Shown here: positions 1 through 13,179 of the stretch, piece by piece
How positions within the stretch are numbered: the stretch's first letter is position 1
How the letters are laid out: the number at the start of each line of letters is the position of its first letter
Assembly (NCBI GenBank): GCA_038040285.1
Contig: JBBPIN010000010.1
Span: forward strand, 2,293 to 66,292
Direction: 5' to 3'
DNA: 64,000 nt
Source: Actinomycetota bacterium
Lineage (GTDB): Bacteria > Actinomycetota > Thermoleophilia > Solirubrobacterales > 70-9
The notes under the pieces: generated by a model
What the model saw: only the letters and a program-made list of their open reading frames with translations
What the model was told of the DNA's origin: nothing
Databases searched by the model: none
Program-made: the position numbers and the translations under genes

Positions 1-85
1 GCACGACCAACAAATTGTAAAGGGCGGTTAACCGACCGCGATCGCGGGCCGCCGGCCGCGCCGGACACACGCATATGCTCGCTAG

Positions 86-979
86 GTGATCGTTTGCCTT
101 GGAGAGGCGATCGTCGACTTGGTCTGCGAGCACGAGCTCGCGGAGCCGGGCGAGGCCGACCATTTCGTGCCCCATCCGGGTGGGGCGCTGGCCAACGTCG
201 CCGTCGCCGCCCGCCGCGCGGGAGCCGACGCGGCCCTGTTGGGCGCGGTCGGGGACGACGCCTGGGGAAGCTGGCTGCGCGAGAAGCTCTGGCAGGAGCG
301 GGTCGACATCCGCTGGCTGGAGACGACCGAGGGTCTGGCGACACCAGTGGCCTTCGTCACCTTCAACTGGGAGCGCGAGCCCTCCTTCGCCATCTACGGT
401 GAGGGAATCGCGCAAGCGATGCGTGCGGCGACCTCACACCTGTCCGAGGCGATCGCGATCGCCGACGCGCTGGTCTTCGGCTCCAACACTCTGGTCGGGG
501 AGCCGGAGCGCGAGCTGACCCTGCGGGCCAGGCGCGCGGCACGCGACCGCGGCGCCCACATCCTTTTTGACCCCAACCTGCGACCGAACCGCTGGCGTGA
601 CATGAGCCGCGCGGTGCGGCTGTGCCGCGAGATGATGGATGGAGCGCTCGTCGTACGGGCCAACGAATGGGAGGCGCGCGAGCTGACCGGCGAGCGCGAT
701 CCTGCCGCAGCGGCATCGGCGCTCTGCAAGTTGGGAGCTCAGCTCGGGGTGGTCACGGCTGGGGGCCAAGGCGCCGTGATGCGCGGCGCGGCGAATGCCG
801 AAGAGGCCTCACCCCCGGTGGAGGTGGTGTCGCCGCTCGGTGCCGGCGACGCCTTCATGGGAGCCCTAGCCGCCGGCCTGGCGGGGGTCGATTGGGACGC
901 CGAGCGCGGCGCCGAGGCCCTGAAGGGGGCCGTGGAGGCCGGCGCGCGAGCCTGCACCGGCTGGGGGGCGCAGGTCTGA
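86..979 (+). CDS. PfkB-family carbohydrate kinase (fructokinase / sugar kinase-like)
   Basis: 297-aa ORF with a GTG start. The C-terminal GAGDAFMGAL motif and overall layout are typical of the ribokinase/PfkB superfamily. Confidence 0.8.
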   Translation: MIVCLGEAIVDLVCEHELAEPGEADHFVPHPGGALANVAVAARRAGADAALLGAVGDDAWGSWLREKLWQERVDIRWLETTEGLATPVAFVTFNWEREPSFAIYGEGIAQAMRAATSHLSEAIAIADALVFGSNTLVGEPERELTLRARRAARDRGAHILFDPNLRPNRWRDMSRAVRLCREMMDGALVVRANEWEARELTGERDPAAAASALCKLGAQLGVVTAGGQGAVMRGAANAEEASPPVEVVSPLGAGDAFMGALAAGLAGVDWDAERGAEALKGAVEAGARACTGWGAQV

Positions 980-1014
980 GTCCAGAGAGATGGCGACGGC
1001 CGCCCAAGCGGCGG

Positions 1015-1662
1015 GTGCTGGCAATTCGTGACCGCTTGCGCGAGATGTACGGGCGCCCCCGCAATCGCCCCCACCGCAAGCCTGTCGAGGAGCTGGTGCG
1101 CACGGTGCTTTCGCAGAACACCAACGACCGCAACCGTGACGTCGCCTTCGGCCGCCTTCGCGAGCGCTTCCCGAGCTGGGAGGCGGTCCGCGACGCCCCG
1201 ACCTCGGAGGTGATCGAGGCGATCAGGCCGGGTGGGCTCGCGCAGCAGAAGGGCCCGCGGATCCAGCAGATCCTGCGCCAGGTCGGCGACCCGATCGACC
1301 TCGACTGGCTGGCGGACGCTCCCCGGGAGGAAGCGATCGCCTACCTGACGGCCCTCCCGGGGGTGGGGCGCAAGACGGCGGCCTGCGTGCAGATCTTCTC
1401 TTTCGGGCTGCCCGAGATCCCGGTCGACACCCATGTGTACCGCGTGGGCGGGCGTCTGGGGCTGTTCCCGCCCAACGCTTCGCCGGAGCGCGCCCATGAC
1501 GAGATGCTCGCGATCACCGACCCGGCCGACGCCTACGAGCTGCACATGAACCTGATCCGCCACGGCCGCGAAGTGTGCCGCCCGGTGCCGCATTGCGATC
1601 GCTGCGAACTGCGTCGGATGTGCCCCTGGTACCGGGCCAGAGCGTCGCCAGGCGGAAGGTAG
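1015..1662 (+). CDS. Endonuclease III-like HhH-GPD DNA glycosylase
   Basis: Helix-hairpin-helix region LPGVGRKTAACV and a C-terminal Cys cluster CRPVPHCDRCELRRMC. The 346-aa track ORF overlaps the PfkB gene, so I place the start at an in-frame GTG after the upstream stop. The start is uncertain. Confidence 0.75.
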   Translation: MLAIRDRLREMYGRPRNRPHRKPVEELVRTVLSQNTNDRNRDVAFGRLRERFPSWEAVRDAPTSEVIEAIRPGGLAQQKGPRIQQILRQVGDPIDLDWLADAPREEAIAYLTALPGVGRKTAACVQIFSFGLPEIPVDTHVYRVGGRLGLFPPNASPERAHDEMLAITDPADAYELHMNLIRHGREVCRPVPHCDRCELRRMCPWYRARASPGGR

Positions 1663-1691
1663 TATCTCGGCGCCGTCCCGCCCGGCAGCGA

Positions 1692-2096
1692 ATGAGCAAG
1701 CGACCCTTCGTCATCTCAGGAATCCTCGCCGTCTGCCTGGCGGTGCTGATCCCGCTCTGGGCCTATCTCTCAGACGCCGACCAGAACACCGGTGCACGGG
1801 AGGTCCCGGCCAACCTGCAGACCGGCAAGCACCTGTTCGAGACCAACTGCGGCACCTGCCACGCCCTCTACGCGGCGGGCACCGATGGCAACTTCGGCCC
1901 CAATCTCGACCAGCTGCTCGCGCCGACCGGTCCATCGACCGACCCGTCGACGATCAAGGCGACCAAGACGCGGGTGGTGAACGCGGTTGAGAACGGCGTC
2001 GACTCCTCGACTCCGGGCCGGATGCCGGCCGGCATCCTCTCCGGTGAGCAGGTCCAGCAGGTCGCCGACTTCGTTTCCCGGGAAGCGGGCAGATAG
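1692..2096 (+). CDS. Membrane-anchored class I cytochrome c
   Basis: CGTCH heme-binding motif (CxxCH). The N-terminal hydrophobic anchor MSKRPFVISGILAVCLAVLIPLW begins at an in-frame ATG. Confidence 0.75.
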   Translation: MSKRPFVISGILAVCLAVLIPLWAYLSDADQNTGAREVPANLQTGKHLFETNCGTCHALYAAGTDGNFGPNLDQLLAPTGPSTDPSTIKATKTRVVNAVENGVDSSTPGRMPAGILSGEQVQQVADFVSREAGR

Positions 2097-2184
2097 CCGG
2101 CTCCCATATAGTGGTTTACGAGTTATTCGTGCGGCATCGGATGGCCGCGCTTTCGGCCTCAGGGGCCGTCGAGAGGAGGAATCG

Positions 2185-3339
2185 ATGTTGGCTGTGAGTC
2201 TTGTCAACCCACGCACCGGGACCCGCCGGCTGCCGATCGCCGCAACGCTGGCGCTGATCGCGACCTGTGTGCTTTTCCTACTGCCGAGCGCCGCGCTCGG
2301 ACAGGGCAAGGGGCACGAAATCGGAGTGATGACCCGCAACCTCTACCTAGGCGCGGACCTGAGCCCCGCGATCAATGCCTCGGGCGCCGGCCAGTTCATC
2401 GAGGCCAACGGCCAGATCCTCCGGGACGTCGACACGAACAACTTCCCCGTGCGGGCCAAGGGCCTGGCGCAGGAGATCTTGAGTAAGACCCCCGACCTCG
2501 TGGGACTGCAGGAAGTCTCCCTCTGGCGCGATGGACCGGTGGACCTAAACGCGCCCTTCACAGGGAACTACACCGCCTCGCATGTGACCTACGACTACCT
2601 GCAGCTGCTCCTCGATCAGCTCAACAAGGGCAAGGAGCGCTACGAGGTCGTGATCTCAGAGCCGGAGTTCGATTTCGAGGCTCCCGCCGACTACGACGGC
2701 AATCCGTCTACCGGAAGCCCGTTCGGCGCCGACAAGAACGGCCGTTTGACGATGCGGGACGTGATCCTCGCCCGGGTGGGCCACGGCGTGAAGGTCGGAC
2801 ACGTCGAGGCCGCGCACTATCGCACCCTCTTCTCGCCGACGGTCGCCGGCCTCGTCACCGTGCAGGTCGCCCGTGGCTGGGAGGCGGCCGACGTCAAGGT
2901 GCGTGGCAGCGGCACATTCCGGTTCCTCAACACGCACCTGGAGGCCTTCGGCGACCCGACGATCCGCGAGGCACAGGCCAAGGAGCTGGTCGAGCCGGGC
3001 GGACCGGCGACCGGCAGCCTGCCCGTGGTCCTGGTCGGTGATCTCAACTCGGACGACGACACCGTGCAGGGCGGCGACCGGCTGGCCTACCAGGCTCTGA
3101 CGAGCGCCGGCTTCAGCGAGCGCAGCACCAACAACCCGCTCAGCTGCTGCCTGAACACCAGCATCATCACCGACAATTTCGGCAGCGTCAGCGACTTCGA
3201 CCACCAGGTCGACCACGTGCTGACCAACGACCCGCAGATCACGCTGGTCAACTCGTCGGTGACCGGGCGACAGCCGGTGAACGGATACTGGGACTCCGAC
3301 CACGCTGGGCTGTTCAGCCTGCTGAACATCCGGCACTAG
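2185..3339 (+). CDS. Secreted endonuclease/exonuclease/phosphatase (EEP) family protein
   Basis: GAGGAGGA Shine-Dalgarno sequence upstream of ATG 2185 and a signal-peptide-like N-terminus. GLQEV and SDHAGL motifs are characteristic of the EEP fold. Confidence 0.75.
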   Translation: MLAVSLVNPRTGTRRLPIAATLALIATCVLFLLPSAALGQGKGHEIGVMTRNLYLGADLSPAINASGAGQFIEANGQILRDVDTNNFPVRAKGLAQEILSKTPDLVGLQEVSLWRDGPVDLNAPFTGNYTASHVTYDYLQLLLDQLNKGKERYEVVISEPEFDFEAPADYDGNPSTGSPFGADKNGRLTMRDVILARVGHGVKVGHVEAAHYRTLFSPTVAGLVTVQVARGWEAADVKVRGSGTFRFLNTHLEAFGDPTIREAQAKELVEPGGPATGSLPVVLVGDLNSDDDTVQGGDRLAYQALTSAGFSERSTNNPLSCCLNTSIITDNFGSVSDFDHQVDHVLTNDPQITLVNSSVTGRQPVNGYWDSDHAGLFSLLNIRH

Positions 3340-3452
3340 GCAGACGAATTCATCCCGGCCCGGGCCTGCGAACGCGCCGCGGGCCCGGCCGGCCCGGCCG
3401 CTCTCGAGTTCGCGGGCGCCTTTACAGGCCCCCACACATTTGCCATACTCTG

Positions 3453-3465
3453 ACTTAGATTTCTT
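3453..3465. promoter_or_regulatory. Conserved 13-mer ACTTAGATTTCTT in the dnaK leader (candidate HspR operator / promoter element)
   Basis: An identical 13-mer is found at 10250..10262 upstream of clpB. It lies 48 nt before the dnaK GTG in a locally lower-GC stretch. Confidence 0.5.
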
Positions 3466-3512
3466 AGATAGCAAAGACGAAACCTGGCAACAAGACGGAG
3501 GACTGAACTGAC

Positions 3513-5399
<1,887 letters not shown>

Positions 5400-5410
5400 G
5401 GTAGGCGCCG

Positions 5411-5995
5411 ATGACCGAGCAACCAGAGGGCCGCGCACCGGCCAGCGTTCCCGACGAGGAGCGCCGGTCGGAGGCCGAGCAGAACTCCGAGGCCGCTGCC
5501 CAGGAGGTCGAACGCGATCTCGAGGCGCTGGAGGAGACCAAGCGCGAGCGCGACGAATACCTCGAGCTGGCGCAGCGCACCAAGGCGGACTTCGAGAACT
5601 ACCGCAGGCGCGTTGCGGGTGACACCGATGCCGCGAGACGTCGGGGCAAGGCGGAGCTGGCCGCCGAGCTGGTACCGGTGCTCGACAACCTCGAGCGGGC
5701 GCTGATTGCCGCCGACATCGACCCCGCTGCCGCCTTGGCGGGCGAGTTCTCAGCGGAGGGCGCCCTGGAGCAGGGCGTGGTGTTGACCTACCGCGACCTT
5801 CACGAGACACTGGGGCGCGCCGGGGTTGAGGCGTATGAGCCGTCGGGCGAGAAGTTCGACCCCGAATGGCACGAGGCGATCTCGACCCGCCCCGCGGAGG
5901 ACGCCGATCCCGGCGTGGTGCTCGACGTGGTGCAGAAGGGATACCGGCTCGACGGGCAAGTGATCAGGGCCGCCCGCGTGGTCGTGAGCGAGTAA
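5411..5995 (+). CDS. grpE: Nucleotide exchange factor GrpE
   Basis: 194 aa, sits between dnaK and dnaJ. Has the GrpE C-terminal pattern (FDPEWHEAIS ... GYRLDGQVIRAARVVV). Confidence 0.93.
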   Translation: MTEQPEGRAPASVPDEERRSEAEQNSEAAAQEVERDLEALEETKRERDEYLELAQRTKADFENYRRRVAGDTDAARRRGKAELAAELVPVLDNLERALIAADIDPAAALAGEFSAEGALEQGVVLTYRDLHETLGRAGVEAYEPSGEKFDPEWHEAISTRPAEDADPGVVLDVVQKGYRLDGQVIRAARVVVSE

Positions 5996-7102
5996 GTGGC
6001 CGAGGACTTCTACAAAGTGCTCGGGGTCTCACGGGACGCGTCCGCGGAGGAGATCAAGAAGGCCTATCGCAAGCTGGCGCGGGAGAACCATCCCGACCGC
6101 AACCCCGACGACCCGAAGGCCGAGGACCGCTTCAAGTCGATCCAGCAGGCCTACGACACGCTCTCGGACCCGGAGAAGCGCAAGCAGTACGACGCCGGCG
6201 GAATGTTCTCGGGCTTTGGCGGCGCGCGACCCGGCGGTCCCGCCGGCGGTGGCTTCACCTCCGACATCGGCGACATCTTCTCCACCATCTTCGGGCGCGG
6301 CAGGGCAGAGTCGCGCAGTGTGCGCGGCACCGATCTCGAGACCGAGGTGCGGCTGTCATTCGACCAGGCGGTCAACGGGACCCAGATTTCGGTCTCGGTG
6401 CCGAAGCTCGATCGCTGTCCCACCTGCCACGGGTCGGGGGCCAAGCCGGGGAGCAATCCCAGCGTCTGCCCCCGCTGCGGTGGGCGCGGCATCGATGCCC
6501 AGAGCCAGGGGTTCTTTTCGATCAGCCAGCCCTGTCCGGAGTGCGGCGGAACCGGCGAGGTGATCGACGATCCCTGCGGGACCTGCGGTGGTTCCGGCCT
6601 CACCCGCCAGAACAAGCGTTACAAGGTCAACATCCCCCCCGGCGTCCATGACGGCACCCGGATCAGGCTGGCCGGGCGCGGTGAAGCCGGCCCGCGCGGC
6701 GGTCCGGCCGGCGACCTTTACGTCACCACCCGCGTCACGCCCTCACCGGTGTTCAAGCAACTCCCCGACGGCAATCTCGAAGTCGATGTTCCGATTACCG
6801 TCGCGGAGGCGATCCGGGGCGGCACGATCGAGGTGCCGACGCTCAACGGCACGAAGCGGATTCGGATCCCGGCCGGGACCGAGCATGGAACTGTGCAGAG
6901 GCTGCGCGGCGAGGGCCCGCCACGACCCGGCGGGCGCGGACGCGGCGACATCCGCTATCGGCTCGCGATCGACGTGCCGCGCGACCTCAACCGCGAGCAG
7001 CAGCAGGCCGTCGATGCATTGGAGGAGGCCTTCAACGGCCGCAACCCGCGTGAGGGGCTGATCCGGGACGCGTCCGCGCCTTCGGGCAAGGTTGACCGGT
7101 GA
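5996..7102 (+). CDS. dnaJ: Co-chaperone DnaJ
   Basis: J domain with the HPD motif (ENHPDRNP), a G/F-rich linker and four CxxCxGxG zinc-finger repeats. Confidence 0.96.
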   Translation: MAEDFYKVLGVSRDASAEEIKKAYRKLARENHPDRNPDDPKAEDRFKSIQQAYDTLSDPEKRKQYDAGGMFSGFGGARPGGPAGGGFTSDIGDIFSTIFGRGRAESRSVRGTDLETEVRLSFDQAVNGTQISVSVPKLDRCPTCHGSGAKPGSNPSVCPRCGGRGIDAQSQGFFSISQPCPECGGTGEVIDDPCGTCGGSGLTRQNKRYKVNIPPGVHDGTRIRLAGRGEAGPRGGPAGDLYVTTRVTPSPVFKQLPDGNLEVDVPITVAEAIRGGTIEVPTLNGTKRIRIPAGTEHGTVQRLRGEGPPRPGGRGRGDIRYRLAIDVPRDLNREQQQAVDALEEAFNGRNPREGLIRDASAPSGKVDR

Positions 7103-7118
7103 GCCAGGGACGAGGCTG

Positions 7119-7613
7119 ATGGCGGCGAGAAAACAGAGCAAGCAGACCGGAAAGGGACGCACCGGTCCCGCTGAGGGCCGGCTCGACGAGAGCCGCGGGG
7201 TGTTCATGATCTCCGTTGCCGCCGAGTTGGCCGAAATGCACCCTCAGACCCTGCGCATATACGAGGCGCGCGGCTTGATCACCCCGCAGCGCTCGCCCAA
7301 GAACACGCGGCTGTACTCGCAACGCGACGTCGAGCAGCTTCGCCGCATCCAGCGAATGACCGGCGAGGAAGGGCTGAACCTGGCCGGGGTCGAGACGGTG
7401 CTCGAGCTCGAGAGAACCGTCGAGCGGATGCGCGCCGAGCTGGCGCGGATGCGGGAGCGCGCCGCCGAGATGGAGCGGCGATTCGAGCAGGAGGTCGAGC
7501 AGGTGCGCCGCTCGCTGAAGGCCGAGATCGTGCCCTACGGCGCCTACGACGTGATCCCGGCCGATGACGCACCGACGGTGAAGATTCCGGTCCAGCGGCC
7601 AGGCCGATCCTGA
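7119..7613 (+). CDS. hspR: MerR-family heat-shock repressor HspR
   Basis: MerR helix-turn-helix ISVAAELAEMHPQTLRIYEARGLITPQR. It is the last gene of the dnaK operon, as in Streptomyces and Mycobacterium. ATG 7119 was chosen over TTG 7092. Confidence 0.85.
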   Translation: MAARKQSKQTGKGRTGPAEGRLDESRGVFMISVAAELAEMHPQTLRIYEARGLITPQRSPKNTRLYSQRDVEQLRRIQRMTGEEGLNLAGVETVLELERTVERMRAELARMRERAAEMERRFEQEVEQVRRSLKAEIVPYGAYDVIPADDAPTVKIPVQRPGRS

Positions 7614-7643
7614 GCCCACTGGAACGCTAGCCTGCGAGCGCCG

Positions 7644-8783
7644 ATGAGCGAGGAGCGTGGCATCGAGGTCGCAAGCCTGGTTCGTGAGTTCAAGAACGGG
7701 CCGCGCGCCGTCGATGGGATCGACCTCTTCGTCTCGCCAGGCGAGATCTACGGCTTCCTGGGGTCCAACGGGGCGGGCAAGTCGACCACGGTGCTGATGC
7801 TGACCACCTTGCTCCCGCCGACCAGCGGCGGTGCACGCGTCGCGGGTTACGACATCGTCAGCCAGGGCAGGCAGGTGCGGGCGGCGATCGGGGCGGCGCT
7901 ACAGGAGGCGGCGCTTGACCCTCTGCTCACCGGCCGCGAGCACATGCGCCTGCAAACTGCCCTCCACGGCTTGCCGAAGGCCTAGCGCAACCGGCGCAGC
8001 GACGATTTGCTCGAGCAGATGGGGCTCAGCGAGGCGGCGGATCGCAAGGTCATGGGCTACTCCGGCGGCATGCAGCGTCGCCTCGACGTTGCCCTTGCGC
8101 TGGTCCATCGTCCCCGCATCCTGTTCCTGGACGAGCCGACGACGGGCCTCGACATACAGAGCCGCGTGGCGCTCTGGGACGAGGTGGCGCGGCTCGCCTC
8201 CGAGGAAGGCGTAACCGTCTTTCTCACCACCCAGTACCTGGAGGAGGCGGACGCGCTCTCCCACCGGGTGGCGATCATCGACCACGGCCGGATCGTCTCC
8301 GAGGGCACTCCGGCGGCCCTCAAAGCAGAGGTCGGGCGCCCGACCGTGGAGGCGATCCCGCAGGACCCCGCCGATCGCGACGCCGTGGCGCGAGTGTTGA
8401 CGCGCTTTGGCGAGCCGGTGCGCGGTTCGCCAAGGGGGTCCGCCGCACTCCTGGCCGGAGGCGAGTCGGACCTCTCCGAAGTGGTGCGCGCGCTCGACGC
8501 GGAGGGAATCAAGATAGAGAGCCTGCAGCTGCACGCCGCCTCCCTGAACGACGTCTTCCTCGCCAAGACCGGCCGCTCGCTGGAGGGAGCGGGCGACCCG
8601 CAGGCCGAGGATGCTCTCAGTCCGATGGACCCGACAGCGGCGGGGACGCGAGCGAAGCGCTGCGCGCGCAGGTCGGGCAGCTGGCGCGCCGCTCGGTGCG
8701 GCGCACGCTGCGCCAGCCGGCGCAATTCGTTCCAGCGATCGTCCTTCCGCTGTTCATCCTCGCCGTCACCGCACCCGGACTGA
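7644..8783 (+). pseudogene. ABC transporter ATP-binding protein (DrrA/ABC-2 type) interrupted by an in-frame TAG
   Basis: Walker A GSNGAGKST lies before the stop. The signature YSGGMQRRL and Walker B ILFLDEPT lie after it in the same frame. The TAG is at 7983..7985. The 3' end is unclear because there is no stop before 8783 and the Arg-rich tail looks out of frame. Confidence 0.8.
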
Positions 8784-9427
8784 AGGCGGCAACGCTGCTG
8801 CCGGGCTTCCCGACCGACTCCTACATCACCTACACGCTTGCAGTCCCGTTCATTCAGGGGGCACTGTTCGCGATCACGAACACCAGCACCGATCTTTCGA
8901 TCGACATGCGGTCCGGGTTCTTCAACCGCCTTGCGCTAACTCCCATGCGCAGTTCCTCCCTGATCATCGGGTTTCTCGCCGGAGCGGTGGTGCTCGGGTT
9001 GATCCAGGCCCCAATATTCCTTGCCGTTGGGCTCGCGGCAGGAGCCCACTTCGAGGCCGGAGTAGGAGGGGTCCCGGTGCTGCTTGCCCTCTGGCTGTTG
9101 ATCACGCTGGGCTTCGGCGCCCTGGGTCTGATCATCGGGCTGCGCGCCCGCGGTGGACAGTTGGTGTTCGCTCTCTATCCGGTTCTCGTAGCGTTCGTGT
9201 TCCTCTCCTCGATCCTGCTTCCCCGCAACCTGATCGCTATCGACTGGTATCGCCAGGTGGCCACCTACAACCCGGTGTCCTATCTGGTCGAGGGGATCCG
9301 GTCGCTGTTGATGACGGGCTGGGACGCCGAAGCGCTCGCGCTCGGATTCGGCTGCGCCGCTGCGATCGCGGTGATCAGCATCGCGGCGGCGAGCGCAGCC
9401 CTGCGCACCTGCTTGGTGAGGACATGA
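8696..9427 (+). CDS. ABC-2 type transporter permease (N-terminus possibly lost to a frameshift)
   Basis: 243-aa polytopic membrane ORF. Homology-like sequence (SEALRAQVGQLARRS) continues upstream of GTG 8696 in this frame without a start codon. Confidence 0.75.
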   Translation: MRRTLRQPAQFVPAIVLPLFILAVTAPGLKAATLLPGFPTDSYITYTLAVPFIQGALFAITNTSTDLSIDMRSGFFNRLALTPMRSSSLIIGFLAGAVVLGLIQAPIFLAVGLAAGAHFEAGVGGVPVLLALWLLITLGFGALGLIIGLRARGGQLVFALYPVLVAFVFLSSILLPRNLIAIDWYRQVATYNPVSYLVEGIRSLLMTGWDAEALALGFGCAAAIAVISIAAASAALRTCLVRT

Positions 9428-10200
9428 GCGTGACCAGCTTTCGCAACGTGGCGATGGCAGTCGCCTGGCGGGGGTTCCGACAGTCCGTTGGATCCCCCGC
9501 GTTCTTTGTTTCGATGCTGATGTTCCCGCTGTTCCTGTTCGGCGCCTTGATCGGCGGTCTGTCTCAAGTCCGCGACATTCCCCGCTTTGACTTCGCGGGC
9601 GACTACGCGTCCTTCCAGTTCGTCTTCGTGCTGCTGCAGTCGGCGGCCGCTGGGGGCGCGCTCACCGGGATCGCCATCGCGATCGATTTCCAGACCGGGT
9701 TCGCGCGTCGCTTGTTGCTCGCCTCTCCCAATCGCGGGGGCATAGTGGCCGGGGCCGTGCTCGTCGCGATTCAGCAGGCGGTCGCGATCTGGGTCGTGTT
9801 GGTCGCCGTCGGCCTGATCGGCGGGATGCGGGTCGGCGGGAGCGGAGTCGACATGTTCGGACTCTTCGGTCTCGCGTTACTCGTCAACGTTGCCGCAACT
9901 CTGTGGGCCGCTGGGATAGCGATGCGGATTCGCTCCCTGCAGGCGAGCCCGGTGATGCAGATGCCGGTCTTGATGGTGTTCTTCCTGGCGCCCGTCTTCG
10001 TGCCCATCGGCCTGCTCACGGGGTGGATTCACGCGGTCGCGCAGATCAACCCGGTGACCGCGTTGCTGAACGCGGGGCGCGGCTTGATCTCCGGCCAGCC
10101 GGAGGTGGTCGCCCTTGCCTTCGGCATCGCGGTGGCGCTGGTCGTGCTGATGGCGCTCTGGGCCCGCGGTGGCCTGCGAAGCGCCGAGACGGCCAGCTGA
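9424..10200 (+). CDS. ABC-2 type transporter permease, second subunit
   Basis: ATG 9424 overlaps the upstream stop (ATGA). The product is hydrophobic and multi-spanning. Only this C-terminal part of the 529-aa track ORF is credible. Confidence 0.75.
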   Translation: MSVTSFRNVAMAVAWRGFRQSVGSPAFFVSMLMFPLFLFGALIGGLSQVRDIPRFDFAGDYASFQFVFVLLQSAAAGGALTGIAIAIDFQTGFARRLLLASPNRGGIVAGAVLVAIQQAVAIWVVLVAVGLIGGMRVGGSGVDMFGLFGLALLVNVAATLWAAGIAMRIRSLQASPVMQMPVLMVFFLAPVFVPIGLLTGWIHAVAQINPVTALLNAGRGLISGQPEVVALAFGIAVALVVLMALWARGGLRSAETAS

Positions 10201-10249
10201 CCGCCCGAATACAGGTTCCCGAGCATCGTGAAATCCTTTAGCCTTAGGC

Positions 10250-10262
10250 ACTTAGATTTCTT
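10250..10262. promoter_or_regulatory. Conserved 13-mer ACTTAGATTTCTT in the clpB leader (candidate HspR operator / promoter element)
   Basis: Exact copy of the 13-mer at 3453..3465, located 35 nt before the clpB GTG. Confidence 0.5.
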
Positions 10263-10296
10263 TACAAAGCATGTGTGATCCGGTAGCCTTTACCAG

Positions 10297-12897
<2,601 letters not shown>

Positions 12898-13179
12898 CCC
12901 TCGACCAGAGAGTGATGGTTAGGCGAGAGGTAGCCACGCGTCGCGTGGGTGCCCCCGGAGACAATGCGAGGTCAAGATGGCCGACCGATCCGCCCGCCAG
13001 GATCAGCGCATAACAACCCCGTTACCACTTCGTTTCCAAGACGAGGTTAGATTGCGCAGGAACGGGCGTCGGAAAGCCGAAAGGTTCGGGCTAAAGGTCG
13101 AAGGCGCCAGGCACGACAAGTTAAGTGGAGATGCAGGCGTTCTTGAGTCCTGACCGGGCAATGCACATCGTTTGAACAA

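Noticed and set aside
622-1014. The 5' extension of the endonuclease III-like ORF, which overlaps the PfkB kinase gene.
   Set aside because: The extension is Arg/Gly-rich and lies entirely inside the well-supported kinase CDS. Family-like sequence starts only after the kinase stop.
3431-3470. A canonical HAIR (CTTGAGT-N7-ACTCAAG) or a clean sigma-70 promoter assignment in the dnaK leader.
   Set aside because: Half-site matches are only about 4 of 7 and are in the wrong arrangement. TTGCCA (3440..3445) and TAGATA (3465..3470) are 19 nt apart, which is longer than optimal. I report only the shared 13-mer and leave the mechanism open.
8611-9423. N-terminal 271 residues of the 529-aa ORF at 8611..10200.
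   Set aside because: This part is an out-of-frame read across the first permease gene and is Arg/Pro-rich. Only the portion from ATG 9424, which overlaps the upstream stop as ATGA, looks like a membrane permease.
12977-13153. A 58-codon ORF (MADRSARQDQRITTPLPLRFQDEV...) inside the long clpB-downstream intergenic region.
   Set aside because: It is rich in codons that are rare for this genome (ATA, TTA, AGA, CTA, AGT, CAA, AAA). It has no ribosome-binding site and no recognisable domain. The region is more likely non-coding RNA or a leader.
12898-13179. A c-di-AMP (ydaO-type) riboswitch ahead of the cell-wall hydrolase operon.
   Set aside because: I looked for the conserved elements I recall for this class (GGGGUGAAUCC-like and CAGCUAACCUCGUAAGCG-like segments) and found none. 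Only an Rfam scan could settle it.
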